Notes under the pieces: generated by a model
Seen by the model: the letters and a program-made list of their open reading frames with translations, nothing else
Told to the model about the DNA's origin: nothing
The model's database searches: none
Program-made: the position numbers and the translations under genes
NCBI GenBank assembly: GCA_016929645.1
Contig: JAFGIK010000026.1
Location: 14,288 to 78,287 of the forward strand
Length of the DNA stretch: 64,000 nt
Reading direction: 5' to 3'
Source of the DNA: Candidatus Dojkabacteria bacterium
GTDB lineage: Bacteria > Patescibacteriota > Dojkabacteria > SC72 > JAFGCJ01
Shown: one piece after another, positions 1-10,832 of the stretch
Layout: every line of letters starts with the position of its first letter
How positions within the stretch are numbered: the stretch's first letter is position 1

Positions 1-179
1 TTACACATCCCAAAGCAAGAACAATAATTAGCACAAGTTTAAAATTTGATAATTTTGACTTTTTGATATTCTGCATTAATAATAAGATCTAGTCTTAATT
101 TAGAATATTTCTATTTTATCATAGGTCAAAGTACCTAAGCTATCTCACTTATTTACAACTATATTGAAGAGCAAATATC

Positions 180-953
180 ATGAACGAATATCTTGAATCT
201 TTCATCGCAGGTTTGATACAAGGAATTACAGAATTGCTACCAGTATCAAGCTCCGGACATTTACTTTTATTCTCAAATCTTACAGGAAATGAATTAAAAA
301 TTGCTGAAATAGCAGTCATCCATATTGGTACATTAATTTCTATTATGATTGCTTTCTACAAAGATATCCTAAAGTGCTTTAACTTAAAAATAGCAATCAA
401 AGTATTAATAAGCGCAATACCTGCAGGAATCATTGGTTTAGTAATCGAAGAATTACTCAATATCAATACTAATATTCCAATTTTAATAGTTCTCTCATTA
501 ATTGTCTGGGGTATTATTTTAATTGTAATCGATAAAAAAACTGCAACAATGAAATTTCGTACGACAGAGCTGAAAGACGTTTCACTTAAGCAGGCAATTA
601 TCATTGGCCTTGGACAGGTTTTAGCCCTGATCCCTGGTACATCAAGATCTGGAGTCACAACGATTTTCGGTATAATTTCCGGTCTTGATCCAAAACTAGC
701 ACTGAGCTACTCATTTCTTACGGGAATTCCTCTGCTTGCAGCCTCTGGCTTTTATGGTACATATAAAATGGTTACCTCAGATACAGGGACGTCCAACACA
801 ACGATTATATTTATCGCAACAGCCACAGCTTTAATTACCGGTATTTTTGCAGCATTTATATTAAAACAATATATAAATAAGAAAATATTTACCATATGTG
901 GATGGTACAGAATCGCAATCGGAATTATTCTTGCACTAGTGCTTATCTTCTAG
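180..953 (+). CDS. uppP: undecaprenyl-diphosphatase (UppP/BacA)
   Basis: 257 aa polytopic membrane protein; LPVSSSGHLLLF motif typical of BacA/UppP. Confidence 0.85.
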   Translation: MNEYLESFIAGLIQGITELLPVSSSGHLLLFSNLTGNELKIAEIAVIHIGTLISIMIAFYKDILKCFNLKIAIKVLISAIPAGIIGLVIEELLNINTNIPILIVLSLIVWGIILIVIDKKTATMKFRTTELKDVSLKQAIIIGLGQVLALIPGTSRSGVTTIFGIISGLDPKLALSYSFLTGIPLLAASGFYGTYKMVTSDTGTSNTTIIFIATATALITGIFAAFILKQYINKKIFTICGWYRIAIGIILALVLIF

Positions 954-1006
954 AAACTTCAGACTATTGAAATATTAATATATAGAGAATTAGACATAAT
1001 AGAGAC

Positions 1007-2614
1007 TTATCTAATCATGGCTAAAAGATCAATACCTGTCATGTCTTTAGTTTTCGGTAAACCCAACAAGGAAAGTACGGTCGGGGCAATATCAGCAAGA
1101 TTTCCTGTCTCAACAGATCCTGGACCTGTACCAATTCTGACAGATTTAGCCTTAGAGTCAAAACTTGCAATATCTACACATGCTATAAAAGGCACCGGAT
1201 TACATGTATGAGAAGTTTTGACTTCCATAGTAAGCTCATCTAACATTTCTTCACAATTACCATGATCAGAAGTCAGAATAAAAACACCGTCTTGCTTTGC
1301 CACTGCATCAAAAATACGTTTAACACATTTATCTACGAATTCAACAGCCTCTACAGTAGCTTTAAAGTTACCAGTGTGCCCAATCATATCAGGATTGGAA
1401 AGGTTAACGAAGACAAAGTTATACTTACCAGATAATATAGATTCAACTGCTGCATCAGTAACTTTCTCTGAACTCATATGAGGCGTTTTGGAATAGTCAT
1501 AGACATCAGGTGAAGAAATATGAATAAATTTTTCGCCAGGTCTTGGATCTTCATGCCCCCCATTAAGGAAAAATGTAACATGAGCATACTTTTCTGTTTC
1601 TCCGATATGTATTTGAGTTAATCCTGCATCACTAATCACTGAACTCAATGTATTATTTATGTATTGAGGCTCGTACAAAACATCTGCAGCAAGGTCATAA
1701 CAATAACCAGTCATAAGGTAGAATTTCACATCTTCGGGATATTGTTGTCTTTGAAAAAAAGGAAAGTCTTTGTTAACAAAGACTTTGGTTAACTGACGAA
1801 CACGATCTTCTCTATAATTATAAAAAAGGACAACGTCCCCACTTTTTACAACTCCAACAGGATTTACATCATTGCAAATTATTGTCGTTGGAATAAATGT
1901 CTGATCATTTTCTCCATTATTATAGCCCTCAAGCAGGACATCCATAGGATCAGTAGATTTTCTCTCTCCTAGTCCAACCATAGCCAAATATGCTTTTCGG
2001 GTTTGTTCCCATCTCTTGTCTCGATCCATAGCATATTGTCTGCCACTAATTGAAGCAATCCTTCCTACTCCAAGCTCCTGAATTTTAGCAAGAAGCATGT
2101 TCATATATATATAGCCATCCTTTAGACTAGTGTCACGACCATCAAGAATCACGTGGATAAATGGATTAACTTTTTTTTCTCTACATAGTTCCAGTATTTT
2201 GAACAAATGTTCAATATGAGCATGTACTCCAGCTGCACTTAGCAGACCAAGTAAATGAAAATCCTTTTTGCTTTCATGCAAATATTCAAAGATTTCAACA
2301 AGCTTAGGATTTTTCTTAAATTCACCAGTACGAATCGACTCATTAATAATTGGCAGATGATGATTAACAATTCTACCTGCACCAATATTCGTATGACCAA
2401 CCTCAGAGTTACCAGGATCCCCAGTCGTAAGCCCGACATCCTTACCAGAAGCTTTTAATAGAGTATGTGGAAATTGTGTCCAAAGATTATCCATGGTTGG
2501 AGTATTCGCAGAAATAATAGCGTTACCCATAGAACCAGTTCGAATTCCAAATCCATCAGCAACAACAAGAACACATAACTTTTTATTATCCTTTGTGCTT
2601 ATATTTGTATTCAT
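1007..2614 (-). CDS. gpmI: 2,3-bisphosphoglycerate-independent phosphoglycerate mutase
   Basis: 535 aa; N-terminal VLVVADGFGI and C-terminal LTSDHGNCE metal-site motifs of iPGM. Confidence 0.9.
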   Translation of the reverse strand: MNTNISTKDNKKLCVLVVADGFGIRTGSMGNAIISANTPTMDNLWTQFPHTLLKASGKDVGLTTGDPGNSEVGHTNIGAGRIVNHHLPIINESIRTGEFKKNPKLVEIFEYLHESKKDFHLLGLLSAAGVHAHIEHLFKILELCREKKVNPFIHVILDGRDTSLKDGYIYMNMLLAKIQELGVGRIASISGRQYAMDRDKRWEQTRKAYLAMVGLGERKSTDPMDVLLEGYNNGENDQTFIPTTIICNDVNPVGVVKSGDVVLFYNYREDRVRQLTKVFVNKDFPFFQRQQYPEDVKFYLMTGYCYDLAADVLYEPQYINNTLSSVISDAGLTQIHIGETEKYAHVTFFLNGGHEDPRPGEKFIHISSPDVYDYSKTPHMSSEKVTDAAVESILSGKYNFVFVNLSNPDMIGHTGNFKATVEAVEFVDKCVKRIFDAVAKQDGVFILTSDHGNCEEMLDELTMEVKTSHTCNPVPFIACVDIASFDSKAKSVRIGTGPGSVETGNLADIAPTVLSLLGLPKTKDMTGIDLLAMIR

Positions 2615-2705
2615 AACAACTTTTCTGATAATGTAAAACAGCGCAATTTAATATAATATATAATACATTGTACATTGAATTCTACTATTAATAAAAAGAT
2701 AAAGA

Positions 2706-3791
2706 ATGAGAGATATTATTAAAGAAACAAAGGAAAAGATATCAAAAATAAAAATAGCATTAAGCCTGGATGAAAAAGTTGATGAAATGAAAAATCTTGA
2801 GTTACAGACTTCAGATCAACATTTCTGGGATAATCCAAAGGAAGCTCAAAGTATCATGCAGAAAATTAACGAGACAAAAGATAAAGCTGACATAATAAAC
2901 TCAATCGAAACCAAATTATCTGAAATTGAAGAACTGGATGAAATGCTAGAGAAAGATCCAGATCCTCAAATAGAATTAGATATTGACAAGGAACTTGCCG
3001 ATATTACCCAAATACTTGGTAAATTTGAATTAGAACAATTTCTCTCTGGCAAATACGACATCAATAATGCAATAGTATCAATACACGCAGGCCAGGGTGG
3101 AACTGAGGCCAACGATTGGGCAGAGATGTTACTTAGGATGTATCTGAGATATGCAGAAAGACAAAAATGGCAGACAAATATAATACACCAAGTTAGAGGC
3201 GAAGAGGCAGGGCTATCCACTGTTACTTTTGAAGTAATAGGTAAATTTGCTTACGGTTACCTAAAAAGGGAAAAAGGCACTCACAGACTTGTCCGATTAT
3301 CTCCCTACAACGCACAAAATTTAAGACAAACTTCATTTGCCGGAGTTGAAGTATTACCAATGATGGAAGAGAAAGACGCATCAGATTTTGTTATCCCCGA
3401 GTGTGATCTTGAATATAAAGCTGTAAAAGCAACCGGACCTGGAGGCCAACATGTCAACAAGGCATCTACTGCAATAGTTCTAACTCATAAACCCACAGGA
3501 ATCACAGTTCACTCTTCAAGACGTAGCCAGCATCAAAACAGAGAGACGGCCTTGTATATTTTAAAATCCAGATTATGGGAGTTAGAAGAAGATAAAAAAG
3601 ACCAAGAAAGAAAAAAAATGAAAGGTGAACACAAAATTGCAGCCTGGGGAAATCAAATAAGAAATTACGTTCTGCACCCGTACAAACTTGTTAAAGATTT
3701 GCGCACAAAAGTTGAAAGCAATAGTCCAGATTCTGTGCTAAATGGAGAGCTTGATCCATTTATTGATGCTGGCATTAGATTAGTGGCATAA
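2706..3791 (+). CDS. prfB: peptide chain release factor 2 (continuous ORF, no +1 frameshift seen)
   Basis: GGQ motif (ATGPGGQHVNKAST) and SPY tripeptide region; 361 aa. Confidence 0.85.
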   Translation: MRDIIKETKEKISKIKIALSLDEKVDEMKNLELQTSDQHFWDNPKEAQSIMQKINETKDKADIINSIETKLSEIEELDEMLEKDPDPQIELDIDKELADITQILGKFELEQFLSGKYDINNAIVSIHAGQGGTEANDWAEMLLRMYLRYAERQKWQTNIIHQVRGEEAGLSTVTFEVIGKFAYGYLKREKGTHRLVRLSPYNAQNLRQTSFAGVEVLPMMEEKDASDFVIPECDLEYKAVKATGPGGQHVNKASTAIVLTHKPTGITVHSSRRSQHQNRETALYILKSRLWELEEDKKDQERKKMKGEHKIAAWGNQIRNYVLHPYKLVKDLRTKVESNSPDSVLNGELDPFIDAGIRLVA

Positions 3792-3800
3792 TATACAAAG

Positions 3801-4820
3801 ATGATACATTTCGACCAAGTATCAAAATTTTATAACCCTGACATAGTAGCACTAAAAGATGCCTCTTTTAACATAGATACTGGAGAATTTTTATTTATCG
3901 TAGGTCATTCAGGAGCAGGAAAATCAACAATTATAAGATTACTTATTAGAGAAGAACTCCCAACCAAAGGACAGATTAAGTTCGACGACATTGATCTTTC
4001 AGCGTTAAATCGGAAGACATTACCATTATATCGACAAAAAATCGGAGTTGTTTTTCAGGATTACAAACTTTTGGAAAATAAAACCATCAAAGAAAACATC
4101 GAATTTGCTTTAGAAATAACCGAGACACCAGATAATGAAATTAAAGATACAACCGATTACTTACTTGAAATAGTTAAACTACAAGATAGACGAGACGTAT
4201 TTCCTTCTCAATTATCTGGAGGAGAAAAACAAAGAGCAGGAATTGCCAGAGCAATTGCAAATGACCCAACAATATTAATAGCTGATGAACCTACAGGAAA
4301 TCTTGATCCAGAGACAGCAGGAGAAATAATGGAGCTGTTACAAAAAATCAATAATTGGGGAACAACTGTTATTATTGCAACACACGCAAAAGAAATTGTT
4401 GATCAGATGCAAAAGAGAGTTATTAGGCTAGAGAAAGGCCAAATAGTCAGCGATATGCTAGGATTTTATCAAAACGAAAAAAAATCCAACAAAGCAAAAG
4501 AAAGTAAACCAAATAACAACAATGAAATCAATTTAGAAGTAAAGGAAAAGCAAGAGTCAACAAGAGAAGTTGACGAAGAGCAGGAACATGCAGAAAAAAA
4601 ATCTAAAAACGTGGAACAAGGATCCATATCAATAAGAGAGCTAAATATTTCTGAAAAGTTTATGAGAATCCTAGAAGAATCAAATATCACTACGATCGAC
4701 AAGTTACTAGATTTAAGCGACGAAGACTTAGGCCAAATAAAGGGATTAACAATGCACGATATTGAAGAAATTCTGTTAAAATTACAGGAATATATTACCG
4801 ATCAAACACAAAATGGCTAA
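3801..4820 (+). CDS. ftsE: cell division ATP-binding protein FtsE with about 110-aa C-terminal extension ending in an RpoA alpha-CTD-like helix-hairpin-helix domain
   Basis: Walker A GHSGAGKST, signature LSGGEKQR, 4-bp gap to prfB; C-terminal ISIRELNISEKFMRILEESNITTIDKLLDLSDEDLGQIKGLTMHDIEEI resembles alpha-CTD HhH. Confidence 0.8.
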   Translation: MIHFDQVSKFYNPDIVALKDASFNIDTGEFLFIVGHSGAGKSTIIRLLIREELPTKGQIKFDDIDLSALNRKTLPLYRQKIGVVFQDYKLLENKTIKENIEFALEITETPDNEIKDTTDYLLEIVKLQDRRDVFPSQLSGGEKQRAGIARAIANDPTILIADEPTGNLDPETAGEIMELLQKINNWGTTVIIATHAKEIVDQMQKRVIRLEKGQIVSDMLGFYQNEKKSNKAKESKPNNNNEINLEVKEKQESTREVDEEQEHAEKKSKNVEQGSISIRELNISEKFMRILEESNITTIDKLLDLSDEDLGQIKGLTMHDIEEILLKLQEYITDQTQNG

Positions 4821-5811
4821 ATCAAAAAATAAAGCAACAAAGCCCACACAAAATATAAATACTAAGCATGAAAAACTGACAAAGAAACAGATATTTTCAA
4901 GAATTTTCAGAAATACACGCAAAAATATACTAAGAAATAAATGGCTATCGCTTGCTACAATAATTGTAGTTACAATAACATTCACCATAGCTACACTATT
5001 TCTTGCGCTTACTGTAATTTCAAGCCGTACCATAAGTGTTTTCGAGCAAAAAGCACCAATCATAATCTATTTCGAAAATGACACTGAAGAAAAACTAATC
5101 CAAGACGTAAAAAAACAGATTGAGGACACAGGTTTAGTAAGTGAAGTTGATTACCTCGATAAAGAGCAAGCACTTGAAAGATACAAAAGTTATTATGATG
5201 AATACCCAACTCTTGTCGAATCCTCAACAACAGAAGATGTTCTCCCCACTCTACTGGTAAAACCTAAAAGTATTGAAAACATGCCAGAGCTCAGCGACAT
5301 TTGTAACGACATAAAAAGCAATACTTCAGAGATCAACGATATTTGGTATTTCAAAGATGTAGTTGATACACTTCGCGGAATATCAAAAGTTATCAAAATT
5401 GGTGGGGCCATACTTGTAGTAAGTCTTTCTTTAATGTCTATCGTATTAATATTGATTGCTATTGGATTTAATATTAATTCGCATCGAAAAGAGATCGAAG
5501 TTATGAATTTAATAGGTTCTACAGATTTTTATATCAAGATTCCATTTTTATTAGAGGGTATGTTCTACGGAATTTCTGGTTCACTCATTGCAGTTATCAC
5601 AATTCTAGTATTGTGGTATGGTTCAATATTTCTTATGCGAGACAATAATCTATTCGTCCTCGTTTCCGGATTGTTTACTGATATACAGATGACTTATCTC
5701 AAGGAATTTAATATAATATTCTTGCTTACATTAATTTTAAGCGAGATCCTTGCAGGTTCTCTAATCGGTTTTCTTAGCAGTCAACTTGCTATAAGAAAAT
5801 ACCTAAAATGA
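4813..5811 (+). CDS. ftsX: cell division permease FtsX
   Basis: 332 aa, overlaps ftsE stop by 8 nt, 4 C-terminal TM helices with large periplasmic loop. Confidence 0.75.
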   Translation: MAKSKNKATKPTQNINTKHEKLTKKQIFSRIFRNTRKNILRNKWLSLATIIVVTITFTIATLFLALTVISSRTISVFEQKAPIIIYFENDTEEKLIQDVKKQIEDTGLVSEVDYLDKEQALERYKSYYDEYPTLVESSTTEDVLPTLLVKPKSIENMPELSDICNDIKSNTSEINDIWYFKDVVDTLRGISKVIKIGGAILVVSLSLMSIVLILIAIGFNINSHRKEIEVMNLIGSTDFYIKIPFLLEGMFYGISGSLIAVITILVLWYGSIFLMRDNNLFVLVSGLFTDIQMTYLKEFNIIFLLTLILSEILAGSLIGFLSSQLAIRKYLK

Positions 5812-7133
5812 AGAAACTGAATGTAGTTTACAAATTAATCGTTTTCTCAATATTTATTGTCCTTAGTTTCCTATTCCTTTCAAACTACGTATTAACCAAA
5901 ACGGAAGCCTACGATACAACTTGCCCTTCAGAAATGACTGATGAAGAGTGCCTTGAATATCTACAGGAACAGGCGAATCTTATTGGGCAAGAAAAAAGTG
6001 GCATTCAGAATTCCATCAACCAGGAAGACCTGGCTCAAATGGATTTAAGCCAGCAAATAGCTTATTTTGCAAATCAGGTAAAACAAACAGAGTTAGAAAT
6101 TTCAGAGAAAGAAGTTGAGGTAGAGTCATTAACCGTTGAAATCAGATTATTGAATAACGACATAAATGATCTTAACAATAGTATTGACACAATGACTCAG
6201 GAAATCAATACTTTGGAAACTGATGTAAGAGCTCGTACAAAAGAGAGCTACAAGATGACATATATCTCTCCTGTTCAGATTTTCATTGACTTTAACGATC
6301 TTGATAGCGTAATGATGCAAGTAAAGTTCCTTATGGAAAACAGGAAAAAAGATTTGCTGAAGATGGATGAATTAATTGCAGCAAAAGATGAGCTTGATAA
6401 ACAAGAAGAAGAGTTAAATCAAAAGAAAAAAGATGTCGAAGACAAGCGGCAATCGATGGAGACTACTCTTGCGGAACTTGCAACAGATAGAATCAATCTT
6501 GAATCACAAAAAGCACAACAACAGGTTCTACTTGCTGAGTCACAACGAAGAGAACAAGAATATCAGGCACAACTATCTTCATTAGAATCAATAGAAAATT
6601 CAGCGAATCAACAGATCGGACAATTGATCATGCGAATGTATGAACAAGGTCAGCTTGGAGATGGCACTACTGTGTCAACCGGCAATATCATAGGATTTCA
6701 AGGCCATACTGGATGTTCATTTGGATCCCATCTTCATTTTTCAGTAAATAGCGGAATCGCATACTCTGGTTGGGGATATTTTTATGGAGATATTAATCCT
6801 TATAACTACATTAACAGCAGTGTTCCTATGGTTGATTCAATCATCACACAAGGATATCACCAAGGTATGGCAGTAGACATGGTAAGCGGATCTGGAGGGA
6901 ATCAGTCAGGTGGAAGGTATTGTGTAAATCCAGGAGAACTTGCATGTGCACCGTCCTACGGAAATTGTAGCCAAGCATCATATATGTGGTTTACTCTTAG
7001 AGGAGAAGGTGCACCAATTAAGGCTATAGCTCCAGGAAAAGTTTACTATGGCGTTGAATCCTGGTATGGCGGGAAATTCGCTATGGTCGTACACGATAAT
7101 GGTTACGTAAGTATTTATCTGCACATTCAATAA
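5808..7133 (+). CDS. coiled-coil M23 family metallopeptidase (EnvC-like)
   Basis: Long coiled-coil N-terminal half then HTGCSFGSHLHF M23 motif; overlaps ftsX stop, classic ftsEX-envC arrangement. Confidence 0.75.
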   Translation: MKKLNVVYKLIVFSIFIVLSFLFLSNYVLTKTEAYDTTCPSEMTDEECLEYLQEQANLIGQEKSGIQNSINQEDLAQMDLSQQIAYFANQVKQTELEISEKEVEVESLTVEIRLLNNDINDLNNSIDTMTQEINTLETDVRARTKESYKMTYISPVQIFIDFNDLDSVMMQVKFLMENRKKDLLKMDELIAAKDELDKQEEELNQKKKDVEDKRQSMETTLAELATDRINLESQKAQQQVLLAESQRREQEYQAQLSSLESIENSANQQIGQLIMRMYEQGQLGDGTTVSTGNIIGFQGHTGCSFGSHLHFSVNSGIAYSGWGYFYGDINPYNYINSSVPMVDSIITQGYHQGMAVDMVSGSGGNQSGGRYCVNPGELACAPSYGNCSQASYMWFTLRGEGAPIKAIAPGKVYYGVESWYGGKFAMVVHDNGYVSIYLHIQ

Positions 7134-7205
7134 AAGACTTACGACTCTATTTCTCTTTTTTCCTGATTTTACGTTTTTTTAATAATAGCCAATTACAATA
7201 TTGGC

Positions 7206-8816
7206 ATGAACAAAAAATATTCCTTTAATAAAATCTCCCTTTTATTCTTCATTTTTACTTGGATACTGACATACAAACTGATTTATCCCAATCAGAAACT
7301 TTATGCATCAAGTAAAACCATTCTTATCAATGAAGTTTTGTATGACCCTCAAGGATCTGACAGCGGGTACGAGTGGATTGAGTTACTAAATATAGGCACA
7401 GATTCCGTTGATCTTGAAGGTTGGAGTATCGAAGTTGCAGGTTCTGAATTCAAGCCGCAGGCAGTACTGCCATCGTTCATCATAGAACCAAATGAAATTA
7501 TAGTTATCGGAGAGTCAAACGTAACTGAAGCCGACATACAAATTAGCTCGCTAAGTTTACAGAATGGTGGATCTACCACAGATGGAGTCAGATTACTCGA
7601 CAACAATTCTGTTGTGATAGACACTCTATTATATGACGATCCCAATACAAATAATCTAGTTGATGATAAGTCTACAATCGCTACCTCTTTTGCGCCTGAT
7701 GCTAAATCTGGAAATTCATTAGTTCGGACATCATCAAACGACACAGATAATTGCAATCATGACTTTTTAGAGACCTCCATACTTACACCTGGATATAAAA
7801 ATCTAATTATTCCAGAGGCAAGAATAGAAACAACTGTCCCTACTTATATCAATCAGCAAATAACAATAGACGGCAATATGTCATCCGACCCAGATGGACA
7901 AATCATAAAATGGATATGGACAATAAATACTGATAACTCAACTCAAAATTTCTATGAACCAACAATAAATGTAAAACTTTACCAGGAGCAGGAAGTTGAG
8001 ATTGTTCTGAAAGTTATTGATAATGATAACTTATCTAGCCAAACATCTACCACAATAGAGATTATAGAAGATCCAGACAACCCAATTATTCAGACGATCA
8101 GTGACATCAAGGATCTTGATTTGAAATCTGACGTTACAATACAAGGACAGATTACAACACCAACGGCTTCAATATACAAAGATGAAATTTACATACAGGA
8201 TAATACTGGAGGTATCCGCATAAAGACGAATGATCTGAAATTTGAATACAAACATAATTACATTGTTAAAGGATTTCTAGATACTAAAAGTGGTGAGGCT
8301 AGAATCAATGCTCAGGAAACAATACCCAAAGGACAGGAAATTCAAATCGAATCAGTCAAAATAGATCTACCTTCGGATATGAGTCAATATATCGGATCCC
8401 TGATAACAATTGAGGGGAAAATCAATTCCAGCCGCGGAGATTACCTTTATATAAAAAATGACGAGGACTCAAACATAAATATCTATTTTTCAAAATTACT
8501 TCATTTCACCAAACCTAAAGATGCAAAAAATAAAAGTTATCAAATCTCAGGAATTATATCCAGCTACGGAAAAGATGAAAACGATAATTTGAAACTCAGG
8601 CTAATGCCAAGATTACAGAGTGATATTGTACCACTGTCTTCACTAGGAAAAACTGGACAAAATTTAACATCAAAGATAGTTTTCTCTGTTATTTCATCGT
8701 TATTTTTAGTATACATAAATACAATCGACTCAAAAAAGAAATTTTCTGAAATATGGACACTCAAACCGTATTTTGATAAACTTCCAACCAAGACAAAGAT
8801 TATTACGAAAACTTAA
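7206..8816 (+). CDS. secreted lamin-tail-domain (LTD) protein with PKD-like and OB-fold regions
   Basis: Signal/TM N-terminus; ILINEVLYDPQGSDSGYEWIELLN is the LTD signature; repeated LTD core later. Confidence 0.6.
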   Translation: MNKKYSFNKISLLFFIFTWILTYKLIYPNQKLYASSKTILINEVLYDPQGSDSGYEWIELLNIGTDSVDLEGWSIEVAGSEFKPQAVLPSFIIEPNEIIVIGESNVTEADIQISSLSLQNGGSTTDGVRLLDNNSVVIDTLLYDDPNTNNLVDDKSTIATSFAPDAKSGNSLVRTSSNDTDNCNHDFLETSILTPGYKNLIIPEARIETTVPTYINQQITIDGNMSSDPDGQIIKWIWTINTDNSTQNFYEPTINVKLYQEQEVEIVLKVIDNDNLSSQTSTTIEIIEDPDNPIIQTISDIKDLDLKSDVTIQGQITTPTASIYKDEIYIQDNTGGIRIKTNDLKFEYKHNYIVKGFLDTKSGEARINAQETIPKGQEIQIESVKIDLPSDMSQYIGSLITIEGKINSSRGDYLYIKNDEDSNINIYFSKLLHFTKPKDAKNKSYQISGIISSYGKDENDNLKLRLMPRLQSDIVPLSSLGKTGQNLTSKIVFSVISSLFLVYINTIDSKKKFSEIWTLKPYFDKLPTKTKIITKT

Positions 8817-8832
8817 CTTAAGACTCGAAACC

Positions 8833-9627
8833 ATGAAGAAAAACAAAAAAGATGCAAAACCTGAGGTCCAAAAAACGAAAAACGTACGACAAGAAAACAA
8901 TCGAAATCAAGGTACACTTCAGAAGCTTAGGATAAAGATGCCTCAATCAAAATTATTTTCTTTTGGGATAAAGATATTAGTATGGTTCTTGATCTTCTTT
9001 ATCACCTTAATCATTGTTGACTACGCAGTTCAATATATTAACTATAGATCAAGTGCAGCTATCGTAAATGGAGAAAAGATCTCACAAAAGGATTTTTACA
9101 ACAAGTTGCAGGATATTTATGGTGAAGGAATCTCTGAAGCAATGATTGAAGAAGTTCTTATTTATCAAGAAGCAGAAAAACGAAATATATCAATATCCGA
9201 CGATGATCTTGATAAACGAATTAGAGATTTACAACAAGCTGCAGGAGGTAAGGATAAATTCGATGAAATGCTGAAGCAAAATGCTGACACAGAAGACGAA
9301 TTCCGCGAGAAAACAAGGCTTTCAATGACAATCGAAAAAATAATCGGAGATATCGAGGTTACTGACGATGACAAACAACAATACTACGAGACATATAAAG
9401 GCACTCTGTTCACTCCGGAAGGAGAGACTCTCGCATATGAAGATGTTGAAGACTCAATTGAGGTTTGGCTAAAAGAAGAGAAGTTTGATCAGGAGTATCA
9501 AAAATGGATCGCTGACGTAAAGAAAAACTCGGTAATAGTAAACAATATCAAGAACCCAAAAGACATAGAATTTTTAGGAGTAACCAGAAGTTTCATAAAA
9601 GAACTAATGGATAAAGAAGAAAAATAG
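8833..9627 (+). CDS. membrane-anchored SurA-N-domain chaperone-like protein (no PPIase domain seen)
   Basis: Start chosen at MKKNKK downstream of the track start to avoid overlap; single TM then SurA_N-like helical region. Confidence 0.5.
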   Translation: MKKNKKDAKPEVQKTKNVRQENNRNQGTLQKLRIKMPQSKLFSFGIKILVWFLIFFITLIIVDYAVQYINYRSSAAIVNGEKISQKDFYNKLQDIYGEGISEAMIEEVLIYQEAEKRNISISDDDLDKRIRDLQQAAGGKDKFDEMLKQNADTEDEFREKTRLSMTIEKIIGDIEVTDDDKQQYYETYKGTLFTPEGETLAYEDVEDSIEVWLKEEKFDQEYQKWIADVKKNSVIVNNIKNPKDIEFLGVTRSFIKELMDKEEK

Positions 9628-9713
9628 AAGCACTAGATTTTAGTATTAATATTAACAAAACACTCTACTTCATCCTAAGTCACACAAGAAATCTGGTCAC
9701 TTAATACAATGAG

Positions 9714-10298
9714 TTATGCTTCACGTGGCTCTACAATTCCATATTCACCATCAGAAATCTTGTAAACCATGCAAAAGATGCCTTTCTCCTTATGCTTAAA
9801 TAAGAAGCATTCTTTGCCAAGGAGTTCCATATGCTCAATAGCTTCAGCTTCATACATTGGGGTGCTATCATCCATAACAAATCTCTGGGTTATTTTTGGA
9901 GAATAATTTACATAATCCATAGTATCATCAACAATATCAGTAGCATCTGTCTCGGAGGAATCGACCTTCCATGGAGATTTACCTTCCCATTGACGAAACT
10001 TATCTTTATATCGCTTTACTTTTCGGGCAAGAATATCTGTTGTTTCATCTACTAGAGCATAAACATCACTACCTGACTTTTCTACGCGAGCAATGGCTTT
10101 CGGCAGATGCATAGTTATATCAATTTTAAAATCTTTGTCTACCCCACGTGCTGCAACATGTTCAGTACATTCGACTCGAATAGATGTACAAATGTTATAA
10201 ATACGTTCGTATTTTGTTATTTTATCTTCAATATATGTTCGAATGGCATCGGTAATATCCATACCATTTCCACTGATCTGAATTTCAGGAAGTGACAT
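9714..10298 (-). CDS. hpf: ribosome hibernation promoting factor, long form
   Basis: N-terminal RaiA/HPF domain (ITDAIRTYIEDKI...) plus C-terminal dimerisation domain. Confidence 0.85.
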   Translation of the reverse strand: MSLPEIQISGNGMDITDAIRTYIEDKITKYERIYNICTSIRVECTEHVAARGVDKDFKIDITMHLPKAIARVEKSGSDVYALVDETTDILARKVKRYKDKFRQWEGKSPWKVDSSETDATDIVDDTMDYVNYSPKITQRFVMDDSTPMYEAEAIEHMELLGKECFLFKHKEKGIFCMVYKISDGEYGIVEPREA

Positions 10299-10328
10299 AA
10301 AAAATCTATCTTAATATATTATTTATTC

Positions 10329-10610
10329 TTACTGTTTATATACTAAATCACCCTTTTTGACGACTCCGCTGACTTTCATACCAAAATCCTTTTCTGCTTC
10401 GGCTTCTGTAATATCAGCACCATCAACCTGCATTGAATCTACAGATTGCTCGACAAGAACATTTCCATCTTTGTCATAGATCTTGATCTGATCACCAACA
10501 GTCATCTTTTCTAGAGGATGAACTACTGCAACAGAAATCTTGTCGAAAAAGTGAACAATCACTCCAACTTTTGTACCTTCAAAAGAGGCCTGATTTCCTG
10601 TTTCGTCCAT
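10329..10610 (-). CDS. hypothetical small beta-rich protein
   Basis: 93 aa ORF co-directional with hpf; no recognisable family. Confidence 0.4.
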   Translation of the reverse strand: MDETGNQASFEGTKVGVIVHFFDKISVAVVHPLEKMTVGDQIKIYDKDGNVLVEQSVDSMQVDGADITEAEAEKDFGMKVSGVVKKGDLVYKQ

Positions 10611-10755
10611 TAGTATAAATATTAAAACTTAGTAATATTTATACTAACATTAACAATGCAGTTATTCAACACGGAAAATAAAAATTATAAGCTTTGAAAA
10701 AAATGGTAGGAAAAGTGTACAGTTCTTATATCTCTATTATCAATTTTTGATTAAC

Positions 10756-10815
10756 CGTGTCCTTTAGCTCCAACTCTTGAATTGCACTCATGGTGCGAAG
10801 CTAAAGGACACGGAA
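10756..10815. repeat. perfect 14-bp inverted repeat (CCGTGTCCTTTAGC / GCTAAAGGACACGG) around a 32-bp spacer
   Basis: Read directly; lies just 3' of the GC-rich small gene on the minus strand; no U-tract, so not a classical terminator. Confidence 0.6.
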
Positions 10816-10832
10816 ATGGCGGCGCAAGGATT

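Noticed and set aside
356-658. Antisense ORFs inside uppP, aspS (35430-36068), recJ (38081-38710) and other long genes
   Set aside because: Fully embedded opposite large well-supported genes, low-complexity translations, typical shadow ORFs.
2706-3791. Programmed +1 frameshift site in prfB
   Set aside because: ORF is continuous from an ATG with full N-terminal domain; no in-frame UGA or CUU UGA shift site seen.
10756-10815. Intrinsic terminator call for the 14-bp inverted repeat
   Set aside because: 32-nt loop and no following U-tract on either strand; kept as inverted repeat of unknown function instead.
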